Shown here in pieces: positions 1-10,562 of a stretch of 20,000 nt of DNA. How positions within the stretch are numbered: the first letter of the stretch is position 1; each line of letters begins with the position of its first letter. The DNA is taken from assembly GCA_049999805.1 (NCBI GenBank), contig JBNGIO010006246.1:321250-341249 (forward strand), in the 5' to 3' direction. This DNA is from Folioceros fuciformis (Eukaryota). Below the pieces are notes generated by a model, which was given only the letters and a program-made list of their open reading frames with translations, did not search any database and had not been told where the DNA came from. The translations under genes and the position numbers were made by a program.

Positions 1-98
1 AAATGCCCTCAGACTACTTTTGTCCCTCAAACCAACAATATGTAAAACATCCTGCTCCACAAATCAAGACCACAAGACCGATCGTCCAAACACCTTAC

Positions 99-575
99 CG
101 CAACACCGTAAGCAAGTCCCTGTCTCTTGCCATTCAGGAAGATGTCTCCTGTCTGCCTCACATTCTTGGACAGCCTCCCTACCAGTCCAACCACATCCGA
201 GCCGGTGCAGTCAGTGGCAAACTTCCTTATTTGTCATATTCACTTCTTAGTGGACTGTAACAACTGATATCTTCCTTAGCCCCCATTTGTGTGCACAGCA
301 CCCCACTCCACGACTCAAACACCCTCAACAAACGTAGACTTACCGGCCAGAGTGTCCAGAAGAGTGGACTTTCCAGATCCCGAGGGCCCCATTACAGCAG
401 TAATGGTGCCAGGTTCAGCATAGCCTGTGAGGCCATCAATGAGAGTGTTCACGGTACCCCCCCAAGACACCGTGACAGACAGATTGGACCAAGCCAAGTA
501 GGCACCCACTTCAACCTCCTTGCCTTTCCCTTTCCCTTTCCCTGTCCCCTTCCCTGGCCTCGGGCTGAGCTCCAT
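99..575 (-). CDS. ABCG (WBC) half-size ABC transporter, ABCG11-like, 5' part only; gene continues off the left edge. Exons 575-344 and 178-99.
   Basis: Translation [12 protein letters not shown]...[34 protein letters not shown] (Walker A GPSGSGKS). It splices (donor G|GTAAGT at 343, acceptor TAG| at 179) to [33 protein letters not shown]. This matches the N-terminal NBD of plant ABCG11-type proteins. The start ATG at 575 is assumed. Confidence 0.9.
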
Positions 576-2021
576 CAATTTCCCGAGCACCAACAAGTCC
601 TACTCAAACCTCTGACAGATCCGGGTAGCCTTTACAGGCGACAGCTTCACTTTCTGCATCGATCAAATTCAAAATGATGCTCGTAAATGAGGCTCCATGT
701 TTGGAGATTCATGTCACCAACCGGAAGCAACCATGGATCACTACGCGTAGCGTTATGTACGAAATTCTGAGACTCTAAAGCGCAAAGTTGACGACGGATG
801 AACGATACAAGTCCGCAACAAATGGCTCGCTCACCACCCTAAACATTTTATAGAATAATTACAATGTTCCTTTTTTCACAATTTCCTAGAAACCGTGTGA
901 GTTCTCACTTTCTATGTTCATTGTTCAGCTTTATTTAAACCAGAAAACTAGTGCATTCTAAATAACCCTTAAGTTTATTCAAGCTAGATACCTAGGGCTA
1001 GGAAGTATCTGTTTTATGTCGGAAGAGTACATGTCTTTAAATTCTAAGATACTTTTCACATATGTAATAAATTTTCATACCCACTCCATAATATATTATA
1101 ACTATAATTATAATTAAATAAATAAGATTAAAGATGATTGGTTGCAGGATACCTAATACCTACTAATAAAGATTATGAGGAGAATTATTATAAAACAAAG
1201 ATGTCAAACCCATATACCCTAAAAGTAAGGGGAGACAACCTAACCAAATGGAGTAGAAAACATTTCAAATTATAAATGGTATATTTTATAGTTATAATAT
1301 ATATAGTTTAATATGGAGAAATCCCAAAAAATTCTTTGTTCACATTAACTTCTAAATGACAACTTGTATGGATCAATCACTTTGTCTCTATCCATTCTAC
1401 TTGAACTAATTCTTGAAGATCTAAAATTTTGTCATGCTTCACTTATCTCATGATGCACATCTCTACCCATGCTCAATGTTGAGTGTCTTAGTTTACATCC
1501 TCCATGACATCCAAGCTTACAACCAAGTCTTGGTTTACAACCTTTCATGACATCCTCCATTGACCACCAAGCTTAGGTATAGTATAACATTGTGAGCTCA
1601 TAGTTTGTTGTGAAGTTTAGGGTTTGTAAAGTTAGGTTGTAGGTATAAATGAAGACACCTAACAAAGTAAGTTGTGAGTGGTTTCATACGTATGGCAAAC
1701 CATGGGTGACCTATTTATATTTACTACTCTTATCTATTTCAAAAGATATATTTTTTTGTCTCAAATTCGATAAAACTTCATCACCTATTGGTTTGAGATG
1801 CTACTAACAAGCTCCCCATTTGTGACATGGGGTGATGCTAACTGAGTGCATGAACCACCTGATTACAACCCATTGGGAAAAAGGTCTCGTAATGATTTTA
1901 ACAAGTATTGTTTAGGTTCCATTTGAGTATTGCTTCATAATATTTAGGGTAGTTTGAAGTCTTTGTAATAATGCTTTTAAATAACAAAGAGAATATAGTA
2001 TGAATAGTTAGATATATAATC

Positions 2022-2102
2022 GGGTTTGGGGTTTAGGGGTTGGTTTAGGGTTTAGGGGTTAGGGTTTAGGGTTTAGTGTTTAGGGTTTAAACCCTAAACC
2101 CT
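2022..2102. repeat. Degenerate interstitial plant telomeric repeat (TTTAGGG)n followed by inverted (CCCTAAA) units
   Basis: gggtttggggtttaggggttggtttagggtttaggggttagggtttagggtttagtgtttagggttt|aaaccctaaaccct read directly from the sequence. Confidence 0.9.
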
Positions 2103-2662
2103 ATTTTTAAAAATATAATATGAATACTCAGATATATTCAACAATTGTCAATGAAGTTAATATATTCTGTAAAAATATATATCCTTTACTTTTGAAGAGA
2201 AAATATTTCTATCATCGAAACATGAGGTGAAAGTTTAGCTATATATGTGAGGATCGAACCTCACTTTGCGCAAGCGAGAGGTGGGTGATTGCAGTTTTTT
2301 GCAATAGTGTCATTTTGTTGGATAGTTTGACGTAGTTTTTCAAGATGACACTTGTTAGTTATTAGTGTCTCTCCTTAGTCTTAGTGTGTTTGTTTTGTTT
2401 GACAATGTGATTATGTTCTTGTGCTTCATGTAGAAGCAAGCACTCTTTGCTCGTGGAAAGCCGAAGTTCATTTTTGTGATTTGCTCAACAACCTTTTGTA
2501 AGTTGAAGGGTTTGGGATTATTGCGTGACCTTTTCGAGTTGAAACGTTTGCAGTTATTGAATGATTGAGAATGTGGTTTTTGTGTGTGCTTTGCATAGAG
2601 ATAAGCATAATTATGGAGTTGATGGTGGATTTGCTTGCTTGTGCAGACCAGATTCGGCAAAC

Positions 2663-3445
2663 ATGCCCAAGAGAAGACAACCAAAATTTCATGAATATCT
2701 TCCTCCTGCGATTATACGAAAATTGTCCAAAGAAGAACAAGCCAAGACTATCAAGGCTTGTCTGGAGTCCTTCTTGGACCTGACTCCCAAAAGAGAGTTT
2801 CCTCCCGGTAGGAATGAGAATGGCGATGGGTCGCTGGATAATGATACCAAGCAGACCCAGTCGCTAGTCCGGGAGCAGGGGGCGAAAAATGAGAACGTTG
2901 CCGGCCATGGTGCAGGCGCCGTTGCGGATTCACAGCACCAAGCTCCTCTGGATGGGTGTGACATGAGTCCGAGGAATATTCAAGCTTCTGAGTTTGAGGT
3001 GGGGATGCTGGACCCATCGGACAGGGAGGCCCGGCAAAGCCCGCAGATTCAAGTTCCGGATTCCGAAGCAGCTCAGGATATGGAGGGCATGGAAACAGAC
3101 GGCATGTTTGAGACCCAGGCTCTTCCTCAAGCCACAAGCCCCATGGACAGTGGTTTTGCTGATTATGATGTGTTCCCTGCGCTAACAATGGGTGGAGATC
3201 ACTTGGTGAGCGAGAAACTCTTGTCGGCAAACGGATCTAAAGTACAAGTACCGTCACAAGGTGGGGAGGATGCCAATTTGTTGAAGGTTCAGAAGTACCG
3301 GTTGGAGGAGCAGTTGCGAGAGATGTTATCCAGACAAGAAGCTATATCAAAGGAAATTGAAGCTACGCGCCTGAAGATTATGATTGCGGAGGCCGAAGAG
3401 GCAACAGTTGCTATCGATGGTGAGCTCCCAGGATCAGACTGCTGA
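2663..3445 (+). CDS. Hypothetical protein (~260 aa): basic N-terminus, acidic/disordered middle, C-terminal coiled coil
   Basis: Long uninterrupted ORF with coding-like GC next to AT-rich DNA. The ATG at 2663 (MPKRRQPKF) is preceded by a likely acceptor (ttgtgcag| at 2647). The tail LLKVQKYRLEEQLREMLSRQEAISKEIEATRLKIMIAE is heptad-like. No family recognised. Confidence 0.55.
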   Translation: MPKRRQPKFHEYLPPAIIRKLSKEEQAKTIKACLESFLDLTPKREFPPGRNENGDGSLDNDTKQTQSLVREQGAKNENVAGHGAGAVADSQHQAPLDGCDMSPRNIQASEFEVGMLDPSDREARQSPQIQVPDSEAAQDMEGMETDGMFETQALPQATSPMDSGFADYDVFPALTMGGDHLVSEKLLSANGSKVQVPSQGGEDANLLKVQKYRLEEQLREMLSRQEAISKEIEATRLKIMIAEAEEATVAIDGELPGSDC

Positions 3446-4052
3446 GAGGATTCCAGACGCAACAACTGCGCCTCATCAGGCTGTTGCTGCTGTCTCGTTC
3501 TGTTGACGGTGTGGGAGGCGACGGGGTTGTAGCCTCCACTGAAGATTAGAGTCGGGACCCGGGATCACAGGTTTATCCCGTAGTTGCAAGGCTAGGTTAG
3601 TTTGAGCATGCGTAGATGCTGTGGCTGGAAGACGCTAAGTGTGGTAAGCATCTTGGTGTAGCGCTCTCCATCTCAAACAAATCGCCTTGTGAAACTTTTG
3701 CTGTCGGTTCAAGTCGACTTCGTTCTGTACTCCCTTTTCGCAAGGCCAAGTCTGGTCACAGCTTGGAGTTTTGCGGGTCCAGCAACGCGCTAGAAAACAG
3801 AGCTGTGCGACGAAAGAGGACAAGATCATCGTCGAACACAAAGACGCAAAGCAGACGCATCTTCCTCTCATCGACCTCTGCTTGCCGCGTTGTGCTTGCC
3901 AGAGCAGCACGCTCTGCCAGCCCAATCCATTTGTGGCGGATGACAAATTCTCGTCCTTGTATGGAACCGTGAATTGTGAGACTGAGCTTTGGAAATCATC
4001 AGAACCTCTTGTGGCGTCCCAGGCCAGCCCTGCCGCTGAGCTGTAGCTTGGC

Positions 4053-6184
4053 ATGGCGCTGGAAGCTAGCGCTGCATCAGCCCGGCTGCTGGCAGAAGGG
4101 CCAGCGCTGGAGCACAACTCCAGCTACCACTCCATTCCCGTCCTCAACATGACCACGGCGGCATGGGCAGGCGTCGCGCTTATTCTCGCCTTCTCGATCG
4201 GTGTGGCCGTGGCCGGGGCCATCAAGCTGGCATTCGCCTTGCGGAGCCTGGCAGAGGAGAAAAAGGCCATGGAGAAGGGCCACGAAGCATCCCTGAAGCA
4301 AAAAATACAGCAGATCCGGGGATTTGAGTCTCCGGCCGGTGCGGTAATCCGGACCGCGCCTCCCCCCCGCGCGGAAGCTGTGGCCAGGGTGGAGAAGGCG
4401 TCGCCAGAGCGGACGCCATGGAGCTTCGGAGCACGGGACATGGTGGCCGAGAATCGGTACAGCGCGGTGTACCGCGTGGTGATGCCGCTCACGGGGCAGG
4501 CCGTGGCCGTGAAGCGCGTGAGCCGATGCCTGTGCCAGCGAGCTCGGAAGGACGCGGGCCGATTGCTGCGGGAGGCCAGCGTCGCTCACCCTAACGTGAT
4601 GTGGCCGACCGGGTTTGTGCTCGACAAGGGCCACAGCCTGCTGTTGCTCTACCCGGAGGAGCATATTGGGAGCGGGACCTTGCGGGATCTGNNNNNNNNN
4701 NNNNNNNNNNNNNNNNNNNNNNNNNNNNNNNNNNNNNNNNNNNNNNNNNNNNNNNNNNNNNNNNNNNNNNNNNNNNNNNNNNNNNNNNNNNCTGGTGAAG
4801 GTGGACAAGTCGAGGGAAAAGTATGCTCGCGGCGGGGCTCCTGCCGGTGCAGGCTGGGACGTGGAGTCTGTGCCTTCTGACATGTCGGATCTTAGCCTGT
4901 ATCCGCAGTCCACTAGCTATGAAAGCTCGGCGATGTTTTCATGTCAGGATTGGAGTGAGTCTAGATCTGCGGCGGGTAGCACGGCCCTGAGAGACGCCAG
5001 GGAGTACTTGAAGCGCATGGCGGAGACGTTCCGTGCGAGGGAAGGGAAATACTACGAATCCGAGACGGAAGGGAGCATCATCTCGTTCCGTGTTGGCTCC
5101 AAGTTCACCGCCAATTCCACAGCGTCCACAATGTCCTGGCGTGACGCACAATCTGATGTTGAGTCAGTGCGGCACGAGTCCGGACACATTGATGCAGGGA
5201 GTTTCGAGCCGGGTGGAGTTTCCGTGGCAACGAGGAAGGCTACCAGCAGCGGCGAGTATTCTGCTTGGTATGGCCATTCTTCCTTCCACCGTTCCCCGTC
5301 TAAGGATCTCCCCAAGCTTGCTGCGCATATGGATCCCTACTCTACTCCGCCAACGACACGTTTCGAAGGAGGAAGTGCGACCGGCATGAACTGTAAGACG
5401 AAAAAGCATGAGAGTCGGATACAGATACCGAAGAAGTATAAGAGGGAGGAGCATGAGGATTGCGATTTGTTGAATTGGAGGGCCAGGTTCCAGATTGCGT
5501 TGGGGCTGGCTCGGGGACTCGCGTTTCTGCATCACAAATGCTCGCCCCCACTCATCCACCTTGACATCTCCTCCAACACGGTGTTTGTCGACAACAACAA
5601 GCAGGCCAAGTTATGCGACGCGGAACTCAGCAACCTGCTGGATCCAGCAAATTGCAGCGTGGAAGATGGAAACGTGTTTACGGACTGTGCCTCTGAGGGC
5701 TACGTAGCGCCAGGTATACATATGTGTACGCAGCTTGCATCAATCATTAGTCTTGTCTCGTTAGCTTGCTGCTGCTGCCAGATGCATGGCAGCAGATCAA
5801 AGCTTAACAATCTGATCCGCTGTGTGGTGCGCAGAATGTGGAACCGACATCAAGGGCGTCGCTCGTAGCTGCAATGTCTACAGCTATGGCGTTGTACTGT
5901 TGGAGTTGCTCACAGGAAAGGAGGCCAGCGGCTACATCGACCAGCACCACAAACACCTTGTGTCGTGGGTAAAGGCAAACGCAAGCTCACAGTTGCAGTA
6001 CCATGATGCCATCGTTATCTTTGATGGAAGGATCACTGATGATATGGGCTGTCTTCGGCACATGCTGTCCGTTCTGCGGATTGCTATGCTGTGCATCAGC
6101 CCTGCATCATGTAGGCCAGATATGCAGAAGGTTGTACAGCTTTTAGAGAAATCTGACTCCAGGGGAAGATTTCGGCGCAACTGA
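4053..6184 (+). CDS. Receptor-like (pseudo)kinase, PXC3/LRR-XI-like kinase domain, with N-terminal TM helix and no ectodomain. Exons 4053-5713 (containing N gap 4692-4791) and 5835-6184.
   Basis: TM segment AAWAGVALILAFSIGVAVAGAIKLAFAL. Kinase motifs YSAVYRVVMP..AVAVKRV, HPNVMWPTGFVL, LNWRARFQIALGLARGLAFLHH..PPLIHLDISS, GYVAP|ECG, NVYSYGVVLLELLTGK, LRIAMLC..RPDMQKVVQLL. A phase-1 intron 5714-5834 (GT..AG) sits in the APE codon. The frame across the gap cannot be verified. Confidence 0.8.
4692..4791. other. Assembly gap (100 N placeholder)
   Basis: Run of N inside the RLK ORF. Confidence 1.
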
Positions 6185-6523
6185 CTTCCTGCTCGCCAGA
6201 ACGCAGGCTTCACCAAGGTGGCCATGCTTCGGCTTTTCGTAGTTGAACTGCGCGTCACTCGTTCTTGGGGAAGCCAAAAATTCCGGCAGCGATTTGACTC
6301 GTCGGCCGCCTCAATTCCCACATTTTCTGCTACCCGAGCTGACTTTTAGAACCAACTGTGCGACACGTAAGTACCATGCCCCGAAGCCTGTGTGGGAATC
6401 CTTGGGGAAATAAGCAAGTGAGTAAAAAATTGCCTGCCACTCGGTCAATGGCAAGACTTGAACATTCTCTTCCTTGGGCGCGAGGCCGAATTTGAATAAA
6501 CAAAGGAAGACAACTGGGTGCGT

Positions 6524-8331
6524 TCAGTTTCGGTGATGCATTCGTCCGCTTTCGGACCCTGCAAATGGATCAATCGTGACATTGATAACCGCAGGTGTTC
6601 TTGCGGAGAAGGACTCTTTCAGAGCCGACTCTAGCTCCTCTGGCGTTCCTGCCAGATAGCCTTTCCCTCCAAAGGCTTCCATCATGACGTCATAGCGCGC
6701 ACCTGGGACAAAGGATGTTGGTGCTGGATCGTCTTTGTGCGGCCCTGAAATATCTTCTGGTCGCCTGCGGTCGCCACCGTAAACTCCACCGTTGTTGAAA
6801 ACAATGATGACCACAGGCAACTTGTAGCGCACTAGAGTCTGATGGAAGAAAACGAGGGATAAAAAATGTAAGACGCGATGTACGACACTCAACTACTGCA
6901 TGACATGATCGATATTTACCTCAACTTCCATCGCACTGAACCCAAAGCCAGAGTCCCCTTCGACAGCCACAACCAGACGTCCAGGTGACACGACAGCCGC
7001 TGCAATGGCGTAACCTAAACCGACTCCCATGGTTCCCCAGGTGCCGGCATCGAGCCTTGTCCGGGGCTCAGTCTGCTCGAGAACTGACCTCCCCACATCC
7101 ATAGTGTTGGCCCCCTCAGACACCAGGATCGGAGCTGGTGAGCCTTCGCCCAATATGGCATCTCGGATGATCCTCATGGGAGTCAGGAAGTTGAACGGAA
7201 CAACGACTTTGGCCAGTGATGCAGCCATTCTGCTCTTGTTCACTTCAGTTTTCGACCGGACCTGTTGCACCCAAGGATGCCCACTTCCCAGCACGAATGG
7301 ATCATCTTTCACGACCTTGTTCAGTTGCTGGATAACAACTCTGGCATCGCCAACTAGTCCAACTGCGGGCTTTCTCAACTTTATCTCTGCTTCATCAATG
7401 TCGACCAGGATGAACTTGACATCCTTTGACCACTGCGGAGGTTCACCAAAATGTAGCAACCAGTTCAGACGTGCACCGACAACTAGGACCACGTCACTCT
7501 GCCCTACCACCAATGATCTGGCTGCTGCAGCAGAGAGGGGATGAGAATCAGGAAGCAACCCCTTCCCCATCGGAGTAGCCAAGAAGGGAATTCCCGTGAC
7601 TTCAACAAATTGCTTGATGGCCCCCTCGGCCCTTGCCAAGGCAGCTCCTTTTCCGAACACAATCAAAGGCCGCTCTGCATTCTTCAGCAGCTCAGCTGCT
7701 TTCTCCAAGTCGGCAGATGGAACTTGCTTGGTCTCCTCTCTGGCCCATACTGGAACAAGTTTCTGAACAGAGCTCAGAAGCTTTTCTGCATCTTCCTCTG
7801 ACAGCGTCTCATGTAGCACATCCGATGGTAAATCAACATACGTCCCACCCGGCCTGCCATCCACTGCAGCGGCCAATGCATCGGAGACAACCTTTGGGAT
7901 CTCCAATATGCTCCTTGCCTTCCCAGAGTACTTCGAAAAAGGTTTCACGATTTCCACCTGGTCTAACTCCTGGAAATCGCCTTTTCCGACGTCCGCTTGT
8001 GTACTGGAACCGGATACCAAGACCAGGGGCCAAGTATTGATGGTGGCATTACTAAGACCAGCCAAACCATGAACACAACCTGGCCCAGATACAGTGAGAA
8101 GAACACCAGGCTTGCCTGTCAAATAACCAGCCGCACCAGCTGCATACCCTGCAGATTGCTCATTGTGGAAAGCTATGAAGCGGACGCCTTCCTTCACCGC
8201 ACTTGAAGCAAATGAGGTCACAGGAATCCCCACCACTCCAAACATGTGTTCCACTCCGGCCTTTGCAAAAGCCCGGGCTGCCACAACATTGCCATCCACT
8301 ACTCTATGCTTGATCTCTGCCCCATTCGTTT
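6524..8331 (-). CDS. OXC: Oxalyl-CoA decarboxylase / 2-hydroxyacyl-CoA lyase (TPP-dependent). Exons 8331-6920 and 6838-6524; probably the C-terminal module of a fusion with the upstream ligase.
   Basis: MFGVVGIPVT, FHNEQSAGYAA (catalytic Glu), TVSGPGCVHGLAGL, GDFQELDQ, RLDAGTWGTMGVGLG and the TPP motif GDSGFGFSAMEVE|TLVRY..IIVFNNGG. The C-terminus is SESGRMHHRN. Intron 6919-6839 (GTAAAT..CAG, phase 0). The exon opens at an acceptor ttgcag| (8332) with an in-frame TGA just upstream and no ATG before the conserved N-terminus. Confidence 0.95.
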
Positions 8332-8613
8332 CTGCAACCGCTCAACACAAGAAATGACACTTCGTCAGGTAGCTGAATGTTGCAACCACACCACTTTCTA
8401 CGATCCCTGCAGAATTCCGACAAGTGCCAGGACAAAATACTGCCCTGCATGATGACCCTCAGGTGTCTGAGGACATAAATGTGTCCACCACATGTGCGTA
8501 CCAATGCTCCAAAAACCCCGCCAGATACCAGGCTGCAGAGTTTACTCCAGATTGATGGCATGTTTACAATCGCTGAAGAACACCCCTAACAAGGTCTACG
8601 AAAAGCCAATCTG

Positions 8614-10562
8614 CTAACCTGTTTTTTCTTCTTTTTGAGAATCGGCAGGCGTAGGCAGGAAGTGTTCAGCAACCATGCGCCGCTGAATCTTGCCAGTTGC
8701 CGTCTTAGGAAGCTCTTCACCGAAAAACAAACGCTTGGGGATCTTGAATGGGGCAAGGTTGCTCCTTAGAAATTCCAAAATATCCTTGTCAGTGGCTTTT
8801 GACCCTTTAATCAACACCACTGCGGCATTCACCTGTTGCACGGTGTATTGCGAGTCAGTGGAAGCTGACATGTCTGCAAGCCCCAGTTCTAAAAAGTCAT
8901 AGATAAGTCTTTGCGACGTTGAGAAGCTGTACCTCTTCACCGTACTTTTCATCTGGAGCAGCAAAAGTCACAGCCTCTGAAATTTTTGGATGCCTCAGTA
9001 GCACACCATCGACCTCAAGAGGAGATATCTTCTCGCCTGCAAAAGCGTAAAGTCAGCTGTGAGCTGTTTTTCAGCAATACCTTTACCATCACAACCTCAA
9101 CATTGTGGCACCACTAGCTTACCACCGCGGTTGATGAGCTCTTTGATACGGCCAGTCAAGGTGAGGTAGCCCTCCTTGTCCAAAAACCCACGATCACCGG
9201 TATGAAACAAGCCAAACTCGAACGCAGACTTATTAGCTTCCGGATTGTTCTTGTACCCCTTGGTCACATTTGAACCCCGAATGCACACCTCACCCTGCTC
9301 TTCAGGCTTCAGAACGTTACCCTCATCGTCCAGAATGGCGAGTTCAACACCTACTGGTTTGCCAACTGTTCCCGCCTTGTGCGGTCCATGTGCCGGCAGT
9401 GGATTGGCAGTGATCTGATGACTGGCTTCTGTCATAGCGTAAGCCTCAAGCACCGGAGCCTGGAAAGCTTCCTCTAGCTTCTCCAACACCGCCGGTGCAA
9501 GACTGGAACTGCAGCTTCGGATGAACCTGAGCTTGGGATATTCCTCCAGCGGTTTGCTCCTATGCAACGAGAGCAATATCTGATGGATGGTGGGAACCGC
9601 AGTGTACCAAGTAGCACGGTAGCCCTTTATGTCAGCCCAGAAGGTGGACGCAGAAAACCGACCTGCAGCTGGCAGAATTGCAGCCCCACCGGCCGCCAGA
9701 CTCGAGAGCAATGCCGCCATCAGCCCGTGAACGTGAAACAGAGGCATGACGATCAGAGTACGGTCAGACTCCGATAGATCATACGCTGCCTTGATGTTCA
9801 GCACTGACGTGGCCAAATTTTTTTGCGTCAGAGGAACTCCCTTGGGCCTGCTGGTGGTCCCTGAAGTGTGGAGAAACAGCGCACCATCCTCCTCCTCAGG
9901 CTGCGGCCCTGCCACATCTTCACTCTCGGCTCCCACCTCCAGCCGTGCGCGGGACGAGAGGACGACATCCCCNNNNNNNNNNNNNNNNNNNNNNNNNNNN
10001 NNNNNNNNNNNNNNNNNNNNNNNNNNNNNNNNNNNNNNNNNNNNNNNNNNNNNNNNNNNNNNNNNNNNNNNNTCCCAATGCACCCCGGCCACCGGCAAGC
10101 CGAGTCTCGCAGCCGCAGCTTCAGCAGATGCGTTTCCCTCCTTCGCGGGGACCAGCAACAGCGACGACTCGGCATCCTTCAAATAGAACATGAATTCATC
10201 CTCCGTGTAGGCAGAATTGAAAGGAGCTGCGACCGCACGAACCCGGATGGTTGCCAAGAACACAACCACGAACTACCCACAATGCACAAATCCGTCATTA
10301 GCACAGGCTCGGATCAAACCAATTATCCCACACTGGAGAGAGTCTTTGAGAAACCCACCTCAAGGGAATTGGGCAAGGCAAGCGACACCACAGCTCCAGG
10401 ATTGACACCGACACGCCTCAGCTGGGCAGCAGCCTTGCTGACCGCAGCACCCAATTCGGAATGCGAGAGCTGGGGGCCTCTGGACGCAATCACAGCCGCA
10501 TTTCTCGCGTGCTCAGCAGCAGCCTTCTCGAGCAGAGCAGTCACTGTGACAGCTAGTGCCAT
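8614..10562 (-). CDS. AAE3: Oxalate-CoA ligase (AAE3-like acyl-activating enzyme). Exons 10562-10359, 10272-9123 (N gap 9973-10072), 9036-8933, 8832-8614 (or 8619 if spliced onward).
   Basis: LPNSLE|FVVVFLATIRVRAVAAPFNSAYT, AMP-binding DGALFLHTSGTTSRPKGVPLTQ, PLFHVHGL, FIRSCSSSLAP, EAYAMTEASH, HTGDRG, KELINRG|GEKISPLEVD, YGEE|VNAAVV, LPKTATGKIQRR. All three introns are GT-AG (86, 86, 100 bp) and restore the frame. Confidence 0.95.
9973..10072. other. Assembly gap (100 N placeholder)
   Basis: Run of N inside AAE3 exon 2. Similarity to AAE3 on both sides suggests the true gap is short. Confidence 1.

Noticed and set aside
524-556. (TTTCCC)n tract encoding [12 protein letters not shown] in the ABCG N-terminus
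   Set aside because: Simple low-complexity coding repeat in a variable N-terminal region.
2247-2264. Hairpin GTGAGG-ATCGAA-CCTCAC resembling a tRNA T-arm/B-box on the minus strand
   Set aside because: No acceptor, D or anticodon arms can be folded around it; at most a SINE-like remnant.
3771-4046. Cys-containing ORF in frame with, and just upstream of, the RLK (possible lost ectodomain or readthrough)
   Set aside because: It has no ATG start, signal peptide or LRR pattern, and it is separated from the RLK by a TAG.
8614-8640. Possible peroxisomal targeting signal on the ligase or decarboxylase
   Set aside because: Neither C-terminus (..KTG, ..HRN) is an SKL-type PTS1.
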